Assembly (NCBI RefSeq): GCF_006345805.1
Contig: NC_043009.1
Span: 57,412,001-57,476,000, forward strand
Direction: 5' to 3'
Length of the DNA: 64,000 nt
Source: Octopus sinensis
Lineage: Eukaryota
Shown: one piece after another, positions 61,864 through 64,000 of the stretch
Layout of the letters: every line of letters starts with the position of its first letter
How positions within the stretch are numbered: position 1 is the stretch's first letter
Made by a program: the position numbers and the translations under genes
The notes under the pieces: model-generated
What the model was told of the DNA's origin: nothing
Seen by the model: the letters and a program-made list of their open reading frames with translations, nothing else
Databases searched by the model: none

Positions 61864-62138
61864 TCAGGATAGTCCTTTCTTGTATATGCACAAGGCTTGA
61901 AATATTTTTTGTGGTGGTGGTGGTGGTGGTTGGGAGGTAAGTCGATTACATCGACTCCAGTGCTCGGCTGGTACTTATTTTATCGACTCCGAAAGGACGA
62001 AAGGCAAAGTCAACTTTGAACTCAGAATGAGAGGAACCGGAATAATAAACAACGAGGCACTCGAACGACTTTGTCATTCCACCTGCTAGGCAGGTGACCT
62101 CTGTTGCATAACTCTATAATGTTATGTATATATGCATG

Positions 62139-62172
<34 letters not shown>

Positions 62173-62501
62173 TGTATGTTTGCATGCATGTATGTATGTA
62201 TTTAAGTATGTATGTAGTATATTTGTATGTATGTATGTATGTATGTATGTATGTATGTATGTATGTATGTATTTAAGTATGTATTTAAGTATGTATGTAG
62301 TATATTTGTATGTATGTATGTATGTATGTATGTATGTATATTTAAGTATGTATGTATGTATTCGTTTCTTTTTGTATCTGTTATTTATTATTGATCTTCG
62401 ATAAAAATGAAACTGTATCCCTTAATTTGCTGCTTTTCTATACACAAACCGAGAAGACATCTTGCGGAACAGTGATTATTTTAACGAGATACATTTTGTA
62501 A

Positions 62502-62606
62502 TCACCTGAGGAGACACATCTACACCGACGGTTACTCCCCAAACCAGTCGTTTAGTATCTCACACGTGGGGGATCGAGGCTGGATGAGTCGAAACAATTG
62601 TAGTGA
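62502..62606 (+). ncRNA. Type I hammerhead motif with a long stem II insertion
   Basis: TCAC-CTGAGGA-GACACATC(62 nt)GATGAGTC-GAAAC-AATT-GTA-GTGA, then AATAAA; stem III ACAATTGT is a perfect palindrome. Confidence 0.72.
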
Positions 62607-62744
62607 ATAATAAATATTCTCGCATATTTCATCTTCCGTCTCTCTTATTAAATCAAATATAAATGTAAGTTGTGTGTGAATGAGAAGGTGAACATGGCGT
62701 TTAAAATCTGTAGAAGCTTTTCTTTCTTCTCAGTTCTATCACTC

Positions 62745-64000
62745 TTCCTTCTCATTCATCCATCATTTCACTCTCATTATGGGGGCCCGTTGTTTGCAAC
62801 GACTGTCCGTGTATCTTCGAGAATAGCAATCCTTGTTGCAATCATAACAGAAAAAACATTAGTAGTCTGAGTCATCTTGTGCTTTTCGCTTTTAGTCTAT
62901 TAATACTCAAACAATTTCAATCGTCCTCCGTTTTTATTTACCCTTGTATTTATATTACGTCTCCTGAATAGATAGTTTGGTTTCTTTTCCACGCATCCCT
63001 TTATCTCAGGTAGGGACAGTCTATTGGACAGGATTTTCACATATATTAGCTTTAAGCACATGACATTTGCCTAGACTGCGTATTTGACCAAAACTTTCGT
63101 GGGCGACGTCCACTGGACATTGCAAATATGGTCTAAGATCCTCTTTTGCCGACCACCTCAAAGTAGATGACCTTGTCTTCCGATGTGGTGTTCAAGATTT
63201 TGCGAGGACTTTTCAAGAGAACTGTATGTAAATTTTTCTCTTATCTAACATATATCGGTTATGTTTCACCAGGTTCACTATCGTGTAAGACAGTGTCGAG
63301 TGCACAAGTACTCAACATTTACCTATAAAACTTCAACTTGCTTAACCTCTGAGTTGAGAGAGAAGTTTGATATGATTGAGCTTAGATATCTCATATCTAC
63401 CATTTCGAACGTGGAGCCACTAATGCAAATAGAAGCAGTATGTAAAATATTTTGAGCCATAGCAACAGTTTTCTTTCTGCTGATGGTTGGGAAATTGCTC
63501 TATGATACACAGAAGGCCAACACGCGGATGATAAACGATAGCAGCATCGTCTGCAAATACAATCTCCCTGAGAAAGACAAGAGTTATTTTAGTCTTGACA
63601 CGCAGACGGACTAAGTTGCAAAAGTTACCGTCGTGTCGAGTGTAAATGTATATGCCACCAGAGGAATACGGGAAGGTACAGGTCGGAAGCAGTTAGAAGA
63701 TGCTAAAAAGATAGTTGACCAAGCAAGCAGCCCTGCTTGACTCCAGTGGGGACTAAAAAATATTTGTATGGATCGCCGTTGAAAGTAATGAAGCTTTTTA
63801 TATCGATGTAGAATGGCTTAACTACGCCGCATAATTTTCATGGATAGTCTTGTCTCTGGTTGGCTGAAGAGCTCGGCGACTGTCAAGATCCACAGTTTTT
63901 GTTAAATCAGAAAAAGCAAGGTACAGTGGTTGAAACGCTTCCCTAAATTTATCATGGTGTTATCTCCCAGAAAATATAACAATGATAGATTTACTGCAAT
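62745..64000 (-). pseudogene. RTE (BovB-like) LINE RT/C-terminal relic, runs off the window
   Basis: TGVKQGCLL; IYIYTRHDGNFCNLVRLRVKTK...REIVFADDAAI (FADD near 63550); KSPRKILNTTSEDKVIYFEV; terminal CYDCNKDCYSR zinc-finger-like segment. Confidence 0.88.

Overview
Eukaryotic, AT-rich, repeat-saturated non-coding DNA. The tRNA-derived SINE families and extreme microsatellite density point to an octopus genome (my recognition of the repeats, not database-verified). I found no host protein-coding gene; nearly all ORFs in the track are translations of microsatellites or SINEs. Content: (i) dozens of copies of at least five tRNA-headed SINE families (labelled A-E here); (ii) decayed LINEs: CR1/Jockey-type, two R4/Dong-type RLE pieces, an RTE-BovB-type RT; (iii) a 2.6-kb Penelope-like element (RT + GIY-YIG) whose GIY and YIG motifs are separated by ~1.05 kb of Asn/Ser/Thr-biased triplet sequence; (iv) a TIR-to-TIR mariner relic, other mariner and DD41D-type fragments, Helitron-type non-autonomous elements and MITEs; (v) tandem duplications and minisatellites. 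The most notable pattern is a cluster of minimal type I hammerhead ribozyme (HHR) motifs from at least six unrelated repeat families. These include one inside a tRNA-headed SINE-like element, a pair on opposite arms of a 338-bp palindrome, and a family with a recurrent non-canonical core. HHR coordinates were counted base by base; most repeat boundaries are approximate (+/- 10-30 nt).
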